Shown piece after piece: positions 48,018 to 58,400 of a stretch of DNA of 64,000 nt. The number at the start of each line of letters is the position of its first letter. Position 1 is the first letter of the stretch. The position numbers and the translations under genes are program-made. The notes beneath the pieces are model-generated. The model was not told the origin of the DNA. It saw only the letters and a list, made by a program, of their open reading frames with translations, and did not search any database. The stretch comes from Armatimonadota bacterium (GTDB taxonomy: Bacteria; Armatimonadota; UBA10988), in the NCBI GenBank assembly GCA_016235455.1, contig JACRKZ010000068.1, forward strand, positions 14,682 to 78,681, in the 5' to 3' direction.

Positions 48018-51000
48018 CTAGTTCGCCGGCGTCAGGCGACAGCCTTCTAATCGTTTGATTGCAGTTTCCAGAGAGTCCGACCAGCTGGCCGCGAGGTCGC
48101 GGGTCAAGGTCAAGCGACGGATATCCTGGCCGTCGCGCAGGCAGATCTCCACCGGCTGTTGGCCCGGGTGGTCCTTCAACGTCGTGGCGAGTTGGCACAG
48201 CCGTTGCTGCAGGTCGTACTCCTCAAGCTCGCCGGTGGGCACCTGCACCTCCACGCGCAGGCGGTTGGTCGCGGTGCTCGTCGGTGTGGGTTGCGGCACG
48301 GGCGGCAGCTCCGGCTTGGGCGGCTTGGGCTGGCCGTTGCCGTTGCCATGGCCGTGGTGCGGCGGAGTCACCGGCAGCGACTCCTGCGGCGGCGTCACGG
48401 CTGGCCCCACGCCGTCGCCGTGCTCGTCGTCCGGACGCCGCGCGCTGGGGCTGGGCCCGCCGTTGCCGGCCGCGGGGGTGATGGCGGCGCTGCCGAGCAC
48501 TTCGGGCCGCGGCGGCTTGGTGCGCTTGCGCTTCCATTCGGTCGGCCGCAGGATCTGGTCGACCACGAGGTCGGGCGGACCCGGACGGTCCTCCTGGCGC
48601 CGGACCTTGCCATAGACGACCCGCACTTCGCCGCCTGAGCAGAGGTGCTGGTAGCTGTCGTGCTGACCGCTCCACAGCAGGACGGTCGTCGAGCCGACCA
48701 GGTCGGTGAGCCGCGCCCGGCTGGCCTCGCCGCGGCGAGTGTTGAAGGTGCGCTGCTCGTCGAGCAGGCCGGCCATGATGATCACGGTGTCGTTGGGCAG
48801 CGCGGCGACCTCGCTCGACAGCACCGCGCTGTCGACCACTTCCATCTCGGTCAGTTGCCGGCGAAGCTCGGCGAAGGGATCCTCAAAGACCACCAGGCCG
48901 AGCAGCTCGGTGTCCATCTGCCGCAGTTCTTCCTTGGCATACTCGGCCGACTTCTTGAGCGGCGGCACGAGCATGTCGCCGCCGTCGCTGTCGTCGAGCC
49001 CATCGAACAGGCTGATCTGGCCCGAACGCTGGTCTGCCTGGGTGCGCTGCGCGGCGTCCCAGATGGCCTCGTAGCTGAGCATCAGCTCCTTGCGATTGCC
49101 GAAATCACGGCAGGCGCCCGCCTTGATCAGCTTTTCGACCGCCGCCTTGGGCACCGTTTTCAGGTCGACGCGGCACAGGAAGTCGTAGAGGTCGCCGTAG
49201 GCGCCGGCCTCGGCACGTTGGTCGACGATAGCCTGGGCCACCTTGGAGCCGATGCCGTTGATGCCGGCCAGGCCGTAGACGATGTGGTCGCCCTGGACCT
49301 CGAACACCTCGCCGCCCGAGTTCACGCACGGCGGCAGCACCTCGATGCCCACGGCGCGGGTGTCGTTGATGAAGGCCACGACCTTGTCGCGGTGGTCCAT
49401 GACGCTGGTGAGCTGCGCGGCCATGAACTCACGCGGGTAGTTGGCCTTGAGGTAGGCGGTCCAGTAGGCCACAACGGCGTAGCAGGCGCTGTGCGCCTTG
49501 TTGAAGGCGTACCGCGCAAAGGCCTCGATCTCGTCCATCAGCTCGTTGGACAGCCGCTCGCTGATGCCCTGCTTGGAGGCGCCCGCCACGAAGTTGGTGC
49601 GCACCTTGGCCATCACCTCGGCGTCCTTCTTGCCCACGGCCTTGCGGATGGCGTCCGCGCCGGCCAGGGTGAAGCCGCCCAGGTCACGCCCGATCTGCAT
49701 GACTTGCTCTTGGTAGACGATGATGCCGTAGGTCTCTTTGAGGATGGGCTCCAGCAGCGGATGCTTGAAGACCACCTCGCGCTGCCCGTGCTTGCGGGCG
49801 ATGTACTCGGGGATGTTGTCCATCGGGCCCGGCCGATACAGCGCCACCAGGGCCACGATGTCCTCGATGCGGTCCGGCTGCATTTCCTTGCAGACCTTCT
49901 GGAACCCACCGGACTCGAGCTGGAACACGCCGACCACGTCGCCGCGGCTGATCAGGTCGTAGGTGCGCTTGTCGTCCAGCGGCAGGTCGCGCACATCGAA
50001 ACCAGGCAGATGGTGGTTGCGCGCGATCAGCCGGCAGGCCTCGTCGATGACGGTCATCGTGCGCAGGCCCAGGAAGTCCATCTTGAGCAGGCCGCACTTC
50101 TCGATGGCGCCCATATCGAACTGCGTCACCACGTCGTCGCCGCCCGACACGCGGCACAGCGGCACGTAGTTGCTCAGGTCGTCGGGGCCGATGACCATCG
50201 CCGCGGCGTGAATCGAGGTGTGCCGAGCCATACCTTCCAGGCGTAGCGCGTTGTTGATGATCTCATTGACGCGCTGGTCGGACTCGTAGCGCCGGCGCAG
50301 CTCCTCGGAACCTTCCAGGGCCTCCTTGAGGCTGGTGCCGGGCTTGTCGGGCACCATCGCGGTCAGCTCGTTGACCTCGTTGATGGGCATTTCGAGCACG
50401 CGGCCGACGTCCTTGATGGCGGCCTTGGCGCCCATGGTCCCAAAGGTGATGATCTTGGCCGTGCGCGTGGCACCGTACTGCGCGATGGTGTAGGCCACCA
50501 TCTCCTCGCGGCGCTCAGGCGGGAAGTCGATGTCAATGTCCGGCGCCGACGGCCGTTCCGGGTTGAGGAACCGCTCGAAAAACAGAGCGTAACGTAGTGG
50601 GTCGAGCTCGGTGATGCCCAGCACATAAGCCACCAGCGAGCCCGCCGCCGACCCACGGCCCGGGCCGACGCGGATGCCGCGGCTCTTGGCGTAGTCGATC
50701 AGGTCCCACACGATGAGCATGTACGGGCTGTAGCCCTTGTCCTCGATGACCTTGAGCTCATAGTCGAGCCGCTCGAGCACCTCGCGGTTGTTCTGGTCAT
50801 AGAAACGGCCCAGCCGCTCCAGGCAGAGGGTGCGCAGGTACTCGCCGGCCGACTGGCCCGGCGGCAGCTTGGGGAACTCGGGCAGGATCAGGTCGCCTGT
50901 GCTGAGCTTGACGTTGCAGCGCTCGGCGATGGCGCGGGTGTTGAGCAGCGCCTCGGGCACTTCGCCAAAGAGGTCCCACATCTGCTGGCCCGAGCGCATG

Positions 51001-51752
51001 AACAACTCACGGCTGGACATGCGCATGCGGTTCTCATCGGCGTGCAGGCAGCCGGTCTGGATGCACAGCAGCAGATCCTGCGGGCCGGCGTCGCTCTCTT
51101 CCACATAGTGCACGTCGTTGGTGGCCACCAGAGGGATGCCCGTACGCCGGTGCAGCTCGTACATGCCGAGGTTGACCTTGGTCTGTTCGGGCGTGTGGTG
51201 GTCTTGCAGTTCCAGGAAGAAGTTGCGCTCGCCAAACAGGTCGCGGAACTCATAGGCGACGCGCTCGGCGCGCGCGGGATCGTCGTGCAGCAGCGCCTGG
51301 GGGATCTCGCCACCCAGGCAGCCGCTCATGGCGATCAGCCCCTCGGTGTGCTCGCGCAGCAGCTCGCGGTCCATGCGCGGCTTGTAGTAGAAGCCGTTCA
51401 GCCAGCTGTCCGAAACCATCTTGAGGATGTTCCGGTAGCCGGTCTCGTTCTCGCAGAGCAGCGTGAAATGGCACAGGCCCTTGCCATCCTCGCGCTTGAT
51501 GCGTGTCTTCTCCAGGCGCGAGCCCTCGGTGATGACGTAGCCCTCAACGCCCAGAATGGGCTTGACGCCGGCGGCCTTGCAGGCCTGATAGAACGGCATC
51601 GTGCCGTACATGTTGCCATGGTCGGTGAGCGCGACGGCGCCCATGCCCCATTCGGCGGCCCGCTTGGCGATCTCCGTGACGCGACCGGCGCCGTCCAGCA
51701 GGCTGTACTCGGTATGCAGATGGAGATGGACGAAATCCGTGGCGCCGCTCAT
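48018..51752 (-). CDS. dnaE: DNA polymerase III alpha subunit
   Basis: HLHLHTEYSLLDG, GRGSAAGS, PDIDIDF, KMDFLGL, FNKAH. Confidence 0.97.
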   Translation of the reverse strand: MSGATDFVHLHLHTEYSLLDGAGRVTEIAKRAAEWGMGAVALTDHGNMYGTMPFYQACKAAGVKPILGVEGYVITEGSRLEKTRIKREDGKGLCHFTLLCENETGYRNILKMVSDSWLNGFYYKPRMDRELLREHTEGLIAMSGCLGGEIPQALLHDDPARAERVAYEFRDLFGERNFFLELQDHHTPEQTKVNLGMYELHRRTGIPLVATNDVHYVEESDAGPQDLLLCIQTGCLHADENRMRMSSRELFMRSGQQMWDLFGEVPEALLNTRAIAERCNVKLSTGDLILPEFPKLPPGQSAGEYLRTLCLERLGRFYDQNNREVLERLDYELKVIEDKGYSPYMLIVWDLIDYAKSRGIRVGPGRGSAAGSLVAYVLGITELDPLRYALFFERFLNPERPSAPDIDIDFPPERREEMVAYTIAQYGATRTAKIITFGTMGAKAAIKDVGRVLEMPINEVNELTAMVPDKPGTSLKEALEGSEELRRRYESDQRVNEIINNALRLEGMARHTSIHAAAMVIGPDDLSNYVPLCRVSGGDDVVTQFDMGAIEKCGLLKMDFLGLRTMTVIDEACRLIARNHHLPGFDVRDLPLDDKRTYDLISRGDVVGVFQLESGGFQKVCKEMQPDRIEDIVALVALYRPGPMDNIPEYIARKHGQREVVFKHPLLEPILKETYGIIVYQEQVMQIGRDLGGFTLAGADAIRKAVGKKDAEVMAKVRTNFVAGASKQGISERLSNELMDEIEAFARYAFNKAHSACYAVVAYWTAYLKANYPREFMAAQLTSVMDHRDKVVAFINDTRAVGIEVLPPCVNSGGEVFEVQGDHIVYGLAGINGIGSKVAQAIVDQRAEAGAYGDLYDFLCRVDLKTVPKAAVEKLIKAGACRDFGNRKELMLSYEAIWDAAQRTQADQRSGQISLFDGLDDSDGGDMLVPPLKKSAEYAKEELRQMDTELLGLVVFEDPFAELRRQLTEMEVVDSAVLSSEVAALPNDTVIIMAGLLDEQRTFNTRRGEASRARLTDLVGSTTVLLWSGQHDSYQHLCSGGEVRVVYGKVRRQEDRPGPPDLVVDQILRPTEWKRKRTKPPRPEVLGSAAITPAAGNGGPSPSARRPDDEHGDGVGPAVTPPQESLPVTPPHHGHGNGNGQPKPPKPELPPVPQPTPTSTATNRLRVEVQVPTGELEEYDLQQRLCQLATTLKDHPGQQPVEICLRDGQDIRRLTLTRDLAASWSDSLETAIKRLEGCRLTPAN

Positions 51753-52000
51753 GAGAAATCACCTTCGACCGCGGCCGCGAGCAGGCAACATAAGCGCCGC
51801 GGCGCTGGGCAGTCTACCACCGTGGCCAGCGCCGTCGCAAGCTTTGGGTGCCGTGCCGACTCCCGTGTCGATGGTCGGCCGGAACACGACGAACCCGCTC
51901 CCGGTCGGCCTTGTCCTGGTTTGGACAGCCAACGCGTGAGCGGGTTCGTTGCGGCCTGGTTGCCGGCCGGCCGCGCGCACGAGGCGCGCGGCCCAGGGCC

Positions 52001-52942
52001 TCAACCCGCCGCTGGCATGGCATCGGGCGAGCTGGCATCTTTCAAGATGGTGCTGGTCCGGCCGTCTTGGCCGAGCAGGCGAATCTCGCTCGCCGACTCC
52101 CCGCCATCGCCATACAGTTCGACCGAGTAGTAGACCCGTTGGCCGTCGGCGCTGACGCTGAGATCGCTGACGCCGCCCTTGCCCATCTCCCAGGTGTCGA
52201 CGCCCCGGATGGTCTTCTTGGCCGGGTCGAACAGGTACAGCCCGGTGGTCAGCGTGCCCAGCGCCAGGCGGCCATCGGCCAACCAACCGACGCAACTCAC
52301 CGCGCCGTCGGCCTTGTGCTCGCTCATCCACTGCCAGTCCAGCCACAGCGGCGAGAGCATCTTCTGGCTACGCAGGTCGTAGAGCTCTACCGTGGCCGAG
52401 ACATCGGTGGGGAAGGTGGGCACGACGATCTGCTTGCCGTCGGGCGAGAACCGCAGGCGCGCGCGCGGGCCACCGACATCGCCCATTTCATGGGAGGCGA
52501 TTTTGCGCGACGGACCCCACTCGCTCTCCAGCGCGCCGAGGGTCAGGTACAGATCGAACTGCTCCTCGCCCCGCCGGCCGATCTTGGTGAAGGCCATCAT
52601 CCGCTCGGCCGGGCTGGCGCCGATGCCCAGCGCCGCGCCAGCGGACTTGAGCCAGGTCAGATCGGCCGGCTTGACCGGCAGTTGGCTTGTCTGCTCGACG
52701 ATGCCCACATGCGAGCGCAACGTCTCGCCGCCCTTGAGCCGCATGGTGACGAACCGCTCGGCGTCAATCCAGGTGGGCTGCACATAGACCCAGCCCGGAT
52801 CCTCGGCGATGGCTATCCTGGGCTGGGTCTTGTCGGCGGGCAACAGCCATACGCGCCCACCCCGACAGAACAGCAGCGTATCCGGCGCGGCCCCAGCGGC
52901 CCACGCGGTCAGCAACAGTGCCAACAGAGCAATGCAGCGCAT
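52001..52942 (-). CDS. Secreted TolB-like beta-propeller protein (paralog 2)
   Basis: Signal peptide; DPGWVYVQPTW, FSPDG, DLSVSADG shared with the neighbour. Confidence 0.75.
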   Translation of the reverse strand: MRCIALLALLLTAWAAGAAPDTLLFCRGGRVWLLPADKTQPRIAIAEDPGWVYVQPTWIDAERFVTMRLKGGETLRSHVGIVEQTSQLPVKPADLTWLKSAGAALGIGASPAERMMAFTKIGRRGEEQFDLYLTLGALESEWGPSRKIASHEMGDVGGPRARLRFSPDGKQIVVPTFPTDVSATVELYDLRSQKMLSPLWLDWQWMSEHKADGAVSCVGWLADGRLALGTLTTGLYLFDPAKKTIRGVDTWEMGKGGVSDLSVSADGQRVYYSVELYGDGGESASEIRLLGQDGRTSTILKDASSPDAMPAAG

Positions 52943-52966
52943 GGTCGGTCTCCTTCTAGATCATCG

Positions 52967-53908
52967 TCACTCGCCGGCCGGCGCGGCATCGGGCCAGTCA
53001 GCGTTCTCCAGTACGACCTCGGCCTCGCCGGTGCCGTCCCACATGCGGATCTCGGTGGTCGGCGCCTGGTTCTCCACGCTGACCTCCAGACCGTAATAGA
53101 CGCGCTTGCCATCGGCGCTGACGCTCAGGTCGGTGACGCTGGCCTGGCCCTTGTCGCGCGCGTCCAGGCATTCTGCCTTCTTGGTCTTAGGGTCGTACGC
53201 CCAGAGGCCGGTGCCCGTCGTGCCCAGCAGGATGCGCCCGTCGCCCAGCCACGCGGCGCAGCTCACGCGCGGGCTCTCGAGGTGCTCCACCAGCCACTCA
53301 TGCTTCAGCCATTCCGGCTCGAGCAGCTTGCCCGAGGCCACGTCGACCAGCGACATGGGCACGCCAAACGCGTCGGTGAACGTGGGCACGATGGCCTGGC
53401 TGCCGTCGGGCGAGAAGTGCACGCGCGCCAGCAGCGAGGACTGGTCCTCGGCGAAGGTGGAGTAGTTCTTGGCCTTGGGCCAATCGCCCTCGAACGGCGC
53501 GACGGTCAGGAAGGCCTTGTTGACGCCCTCCTTGCGCTCACCGAGCTTGGTCAGCGCCAGCAGCTTGTGCTTGGGGCTGACGCCGATGTTGAACGCGCCA
53601 CCGGCGGGCTCCAGCCACTGGATGTCGGCGACCTTGTACTCGCCTTCGGGCAGCACACCGGCCATGCCGACATGCGAGCGGTTCAGTTCGCCGTCTTTGA
53701 GCCGCATGACAGCAAACACGTCGGCATCGAACCACGTGGGCTGCGTGTAGGCCCAGCCGGGATCGTCGGCGATGGCCTGGCGTGGCTCGTCGGCATCCTT
53801 GGGCAGCACCCAGATGTGGCCATCGCGCACGAAGAGCAGCGCATCGGGCGCAGCCTGGAGCGCGGCGACGGCGGCGAGCAGGAGAAGCAGGGGGGTGGTA
53901 CGGCGCAA
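52967..53908 (-). CDS. Secreted TolB-like beta-propeller protein (paralog 1)
   Basis: TTG start after GGGAGA; signal peptide; DPGWAYTQPTW, FSPDG, DLSVSADG. Confidence 0.75.
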   Translation of the reverse strand: MRRTTPLLLLLAAVAALQAAPDALLFVRDGHIWVLPKDADEPRQAIADDPGWAYTQPTWFDADVFAVMRLKDGELNRSHVGMAGVLPEGEYKVADIQWLEPAGGAFNIGVSPKHKLLALTKLGERKEGVNKAFLTVAPFEGDWPKAKNYSTFAEDQSSLLARVHFSPDGSQAIVPTFTDAFGVPMSLVDVASGKLLEPEWLKHEWLVEHLESPRVSCAAWLGDGRILLGTTGTGLWAYDPKTKKAECLDARDKGQASVTDLSVSADGKRVYYGLEVSVENQAPTTEIRMWDGTGEAEVVLENADWPDAAPAGE

Positions 53909-54008
53909 GTTGGATCTCCCTTGGCTGTGTATTGTAGCTGATGGCCAACCGACCTTGTCGGCGTTCCTCAGCGCGGCTGGCACGGCCACGCGCGTAGTAT
54001 CAGTCTGT

Positions 54009-54038
54009 TTGACTCTGATTCTGACGATGTGATACATT
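54009..54038 (+). promoter_or_regulatory. Candidate promoter for the ATPase module
   Basis: TTGACT, 18 nt, TACATT preceded by TG, in an AT-richer intergenic region. Confidence 0.5.
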
Positions 54039-54082
54039 CAATAGAATGCGAGTCACTTCCTAGGTTCAACGCGGGGTATGTC

Positions 54083-55450
54083 ATGTGCGTCGACAACGAG
54101 GCTGGCGGCCCAACCAGTGGGGAGACAACGAAGGTCGGCCCGCTCCTACTCCAAGTGCCGCAAGACATAGAGCAGGACGCGCGGTGGGCTGACGCGGTTG
54201 TTGAACGCGGTCCTGTTCGCGCCCCGGGGGGCGCAGAGACGCCGCTGTCGTATGAGGCCCTGGCCGAGATCCACGACGGGACGGCGAAGGCGCCTCAGAA
54301 GGCCCGAGTGGTGGTCTGCCGAGCCGAGGAGGGTGTGCTGTGGAGCGTGACGTGCCGGCCGCAGGGCGGCGGGTCAAGCAAGTACGCCTACAAGGCCACC
54401 GACATGGCGCGCCTCGTCTGGGGCCGCCTTGAGTCGCACGTGCAGGCCCGGGACCCCAGAGGCGGACTGCTGATCGTCGCTGGCGGGACGGGTTCGGGCA
54501 AGACCACATACGCGCGGGAGCTGTGCCACCGGCTGGTTCAGCAGGATCCCACGCGCCTGCACATTGTCTCGATCGAGGATCCTGTCGAGACGGCGAACTG
54601 GTTCAGCGGGACGACTGGTGCGACGGCACGATTGGTGGAACTGGCCGCCACCCGGAACAGGGCGCGCGATGAAGCAGCTACCGAAGCCATGGCGGCCGCG
54701 CGGTGCACGGCCCATCGTCTTGGCCCAGAGGTCGAGCGAGCGTACCTTGCGGCGGAGCGAACGAAGGGAAGTGCGCTGCACGAGGCCAGCAGCGCCGGTG
54801 GCCCGGACTCCACTTGGTGGAAGACGATGCGGCATCGTCGCATCGACACCGAATCGGTGCGCGCGGCGCTGATGGGCACGGCGCTGCGTCAGACGCCGGG
54901 TCTGGTGATTGTGGGCGAGGTGCGCGACGACGAAGACTGGCAGGCCGTCGTCGAGTTCAGTCGCACGGGCCATCTCTGCGTGGTGACCACTCATGCCGGG
55001 TCGCTGACCATGGCCGTGTCCAGGCTGATCCGGGCACTTGGCCTGCGCACTCCCGCTGACCGTGCGTACCTGGCTGACTCGCTGCTGGGCGTCCTTCACC
55101 TGGCGGTCCACGCCCTGGCGAAGCCCGCGGGCACGGTGGCGCAGTTGCCGGCGCTCTGGGTGCCCCTGCCACGCTCCGCTGGGCTCTTCGCCGGTTCAGG
55201 GCTGCGGTCGCTCGTGGCCGAGCGATCCGCGCTGGCGCCGCGGCGCGCTGGTCGGGATGCGAGTGGCGTCTATGGACGGCACTACTTCATGGAATCCGCT
55301 TTCGGTGCCAGCGGCTGCAAACTGCGTGACAAAGCGGTTCGGCTGTTTCCCAACCAACCCGATGGCGCACCTGTAGGTACGGCGGCTAAGCGTGCTGCCC
55401 GAGGCGAACTGCTCGAACGCGCCTACCGAATGGACGAGAGGGGGTTGTAG
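54083..55450 (+). CDS. Divergent PilT/GspE/VirB11-family ATPase
   Basis: GGTGSGKT Walker A, SIEDPVE Asp box, ALRQTPGLVIVGEVRD Walker B, TGHLCVVTTH His box. Start uncertain (54029 or 54083). Confidence 0.85.
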   Translation: MCVDNEAGGPTSGETTKVGPLLLQVPQDIEQDARWADAVVERGPVRAPGGAETPLSYEALAEIHDGTAKAPQKARVVVCRAEEGVLWSVTCRPQGGGSSKYAYKATDMARLVWGRLESHVQARDPRGGLLIVAGGTGSGKTTYARELCHRLVQQDPTRLHIVSIEDPVETANWFSGTTGATARLVELAATRNRARDEAATEAMAAARCTAHRLGPEVERAYLAAERTKGSALHEASSAGGPDSTWWKTMRHRRIDTESVRAALMGTALRQTPGLVIVGEVRDDEDWQAVVEFSRTGHLCVVTTHAGSLTMAVSRLIRALGLRTPADRAYLADSLLGVLHLAVHALAKPAGTVAQLPALWVPLPRSAGLFAGSGLRSLVAERSALAPRRAGRDASGVYGRHYFMESAFGASGCKLRDKAVRLFPNQPDGAPVGTAAKRAARGELLERAYRMDERGL

Positions 55451-55453
55451 GCG

Positions 55454-58400
55454 ATGGCTCACAACGACTACGCACTCAAGCTCGGCATCCCGTCACTCGA
55501 CGGCCTTCTGCCGTGGCCGCCAGGGAGCAGGGGCAAGAGCACAACCTGCGGGATCCATGTCTGTGGCGGTGAGGCCACGACGGTGGCGTTTGTGGGTGGC
55601 GACGGCACGGGCAAATCGGTACTGGCCATGCACATGGCGGCAACCTACCACAGCGAACTGAGGAAGGACGGCGGTCGGTCCACTGTCTACTACGTTTCGT
55701 CTGACCTCAGCCATGCGCGCGCGAAGGCCATGTGGACCAGCTTCGGCCTGGACCAGCGCATCCGCCGGGTCTGCTTCTGCGAGAGCAAGTCGGGCACGGT
55801 GCGGCTGGGGACGCGCGCCAAACTGGTCCTCGCGGGTACCGACGCCGTGTCGGGCGCGAAGGCCGCGCGGGGAGCTCGCGCAGACCGCCCAGTCCCCTTC
55901 ATCGACCTGGCCAGCCGCTCTACCGGCGACGATTGGGGGTATCTGTGCCGCTTGGTCGGCCTACTCCCAACGCCATCGGCTGGCGAACGCCCGCATATGC
56001 TAGTCATCGACTCCGTGGATGGGCTGTTCCGTTGCGGTGGTCGGCTTGACGCCTATGGCGAGGAGCGCAGTCGCGAAGACTGCCTGACTGAGTTGATGCG
56101 ACTGGCCAGCAGAAAGTGCCATTTGGTACTGCTGGCCGAAGAGCCCGACGAGGGCAAGCGCACGCGCGAGCAGTACGACTGCAATGTGGTGTTCCGCCTG
56201 AGGGTCGAGGAGGCCGCCGACACACCGCGCGTCAGCATCCAAGTCGAGAAGACGCGCGGCCAGCAGGCGCGTCAGGGACGGCACGAAATGGCCATCCTGC
56301 CCGGATCCAAGGCCCACGGCCTCCTGCTGTGCAACAGCTACGTCCATGTCTACCCGTCGATCAGCAGCGAGAGCCTGGACGCAGAATGGTCGCCAGACGC
56401 TCCGGCCGACGCCGTTGACGAGGAACCAAGCGCGGTGACGCTGAGCGGCATCAAATACCTGGATGCCATGGTGGGTCGCATCACCAGGCAGCAGGCTGCC
56501 GGGCACATCACGGCGCTGATCGGCGAGGAAGGCACGCACAAGCTGTACCTAGCTAATGCCTTCCTGACCGCGCATCTCCACGGAGGCCAGCCTGGCAAAG
56601 CCGTGCTCCTGACGACCAGGACCTTGAGCGAGGAGGTCTGGCGGCACGAACTCCGCACGGCGATGGGTGAGGCGCGCGGCTCGGAGCACCCGGCAGTTGA
56701 CCTGAGCCGGTCGACGCACCTGGTTGCGCTGGGCAACCGGCCATTCAGCGCCGAGCGGCTGCTCCACCGCATCCGCCGCGCGATATGCCATGTGGCGGAG
56801 TTCGACGCCGATGGGAGCCCGGACAGCAGCCACTGGCAGCGCATGGCCACGCGCGACGCGGACTACACCAAGGGGAAGCGCTCGCCGGAGATCCGGCTGG
56901 TCATCGATGACCTCTCGCGCATCCTGCACGACTACCCCGACGTGGGGCAGCAGGCCGAGTTCATCAAGGAACTGGAGCGCCTGATCAAGCAGACGGGCGT
57001 GCAGGCCATGCTGGTCAACACGCAGCGCGGACAACTCCGATCAGCGCAGCGGGACGAGCGCGCCGACCTTGTCCGCGCCATGGCGGACCAGGTGCTCTAC
57101 ACCTGGAAGGTGAGTCTGCTTGGCAGCACGGCCGTGGCGATCAGTGCTTCGCCCTTGGCCCCGCGCGGCCACCACGCGAGCATCGGCGAACTGCGATGGC
57201 CGCGCCAAGCCCCTCCGGGATCCAGCCGACTGCTCGTCGACCCGCACTTGGACATGTACGATGGGCTGGACAAGGCGGACCCGGAGGCCGTGCCGGTTCA
57301 GTTGCGTGTCCATTTGTACAGGGAGACCAACGGGCCAACGGTTTCGCCAGGTGATGACGCGAGCCTCGCGGCAGCGGCCGCACCGCCGCACCAGGCAGGC
57401 ACCCGCGTTGCGGCTCGGGGCAGTGGCGGTGAGCCGGCCAGCGTCGACCACTACTTCCGCGAGATGGCCAGATGGCTCTCGCAGAGCATGCAAGAGCACG
57501 ACCGCGACCCCCACACCAGGCCGACTGTCGTGTTCTGCGCGCACGATGACTACGGTGACCTGCGCAATGTGTGCTATGCCTCCGGGGGCATGTTGTACGG
57601 CCACTCGCAGGTTGTCCAGATCGACGAGTGGTGGGCCGACACCAACGGCAACCTACTGCCGATGGACACCTACTTGGACGAGACCGTCGAGACGGATGGG
57701 GCGCACGACGACCTGGTCGATCCCTACCGCGTCTTCAGTCAGAGGATGGGCGACCAGACGACCAAGGGCATAGCCGGTGACGCCATCCTCAGGCGCCTCG
57801 ATTGCGTCATGCATGGGGAGCTCGACTACGGCTACGACCTGCTCGTCCAGGCCAAGTGCGCCAACGGCCAGACAGGCGCAGGCCAGCCTGCTCCAACCGC
57901 GAACGGCGGAACCGCCGCGGCCAGGCATCTGACGCCCATCGACCGTTTCCCGCACACCTTCGACTTTGGCTTTTTGATGCTGCATCGCGCCAGTTGGTCC
58001 TATGCACTGGCCTCGCCCAAGGCGCCGGCGGGCATGCAGCAGCGCTATGACTTGCTCACCAAGCCCTTCACGGCTCCAACGCCGCCCACCAAGAAAGGGC
58101 GGCGGGACTGGCACGAGTCGGTGGTCAGGCCGTTTCTCGACGCCAACGTGGACAGCCCGACATGGGTGACGTGGGCGGAGTTCATTGCTGATTGCGAGTT
58201 CGTGGCGAGTCTGGCCGGCGACATGCTCCCGTTCGGCGTGGCCATGGACTCCACCGAGACCATGTCATGCCTGGTGCTGGAGATCTGGGCCTCGCTGCTC
58301 GACGCGCCGTGCAGCGATGGGCCGCTGGACTCCGCTTGGACCAGCGGGGCACCGGTTCGGTCGACGATGAGCGCAGCCGGCGATGGGTGCCGCTTCGGTG

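Noticed and set aside
48018-51752. Intein in dnaE
   Set aside because: No C/S...HN splice motifs or endonuclease insert; the extra length is a low-complexity linker.
54083-55450. Type IV pilus, T2SS or conjugation locus
   Set aside because: No pilins, platform protein, secretin or VirB genes anywhere in the window.
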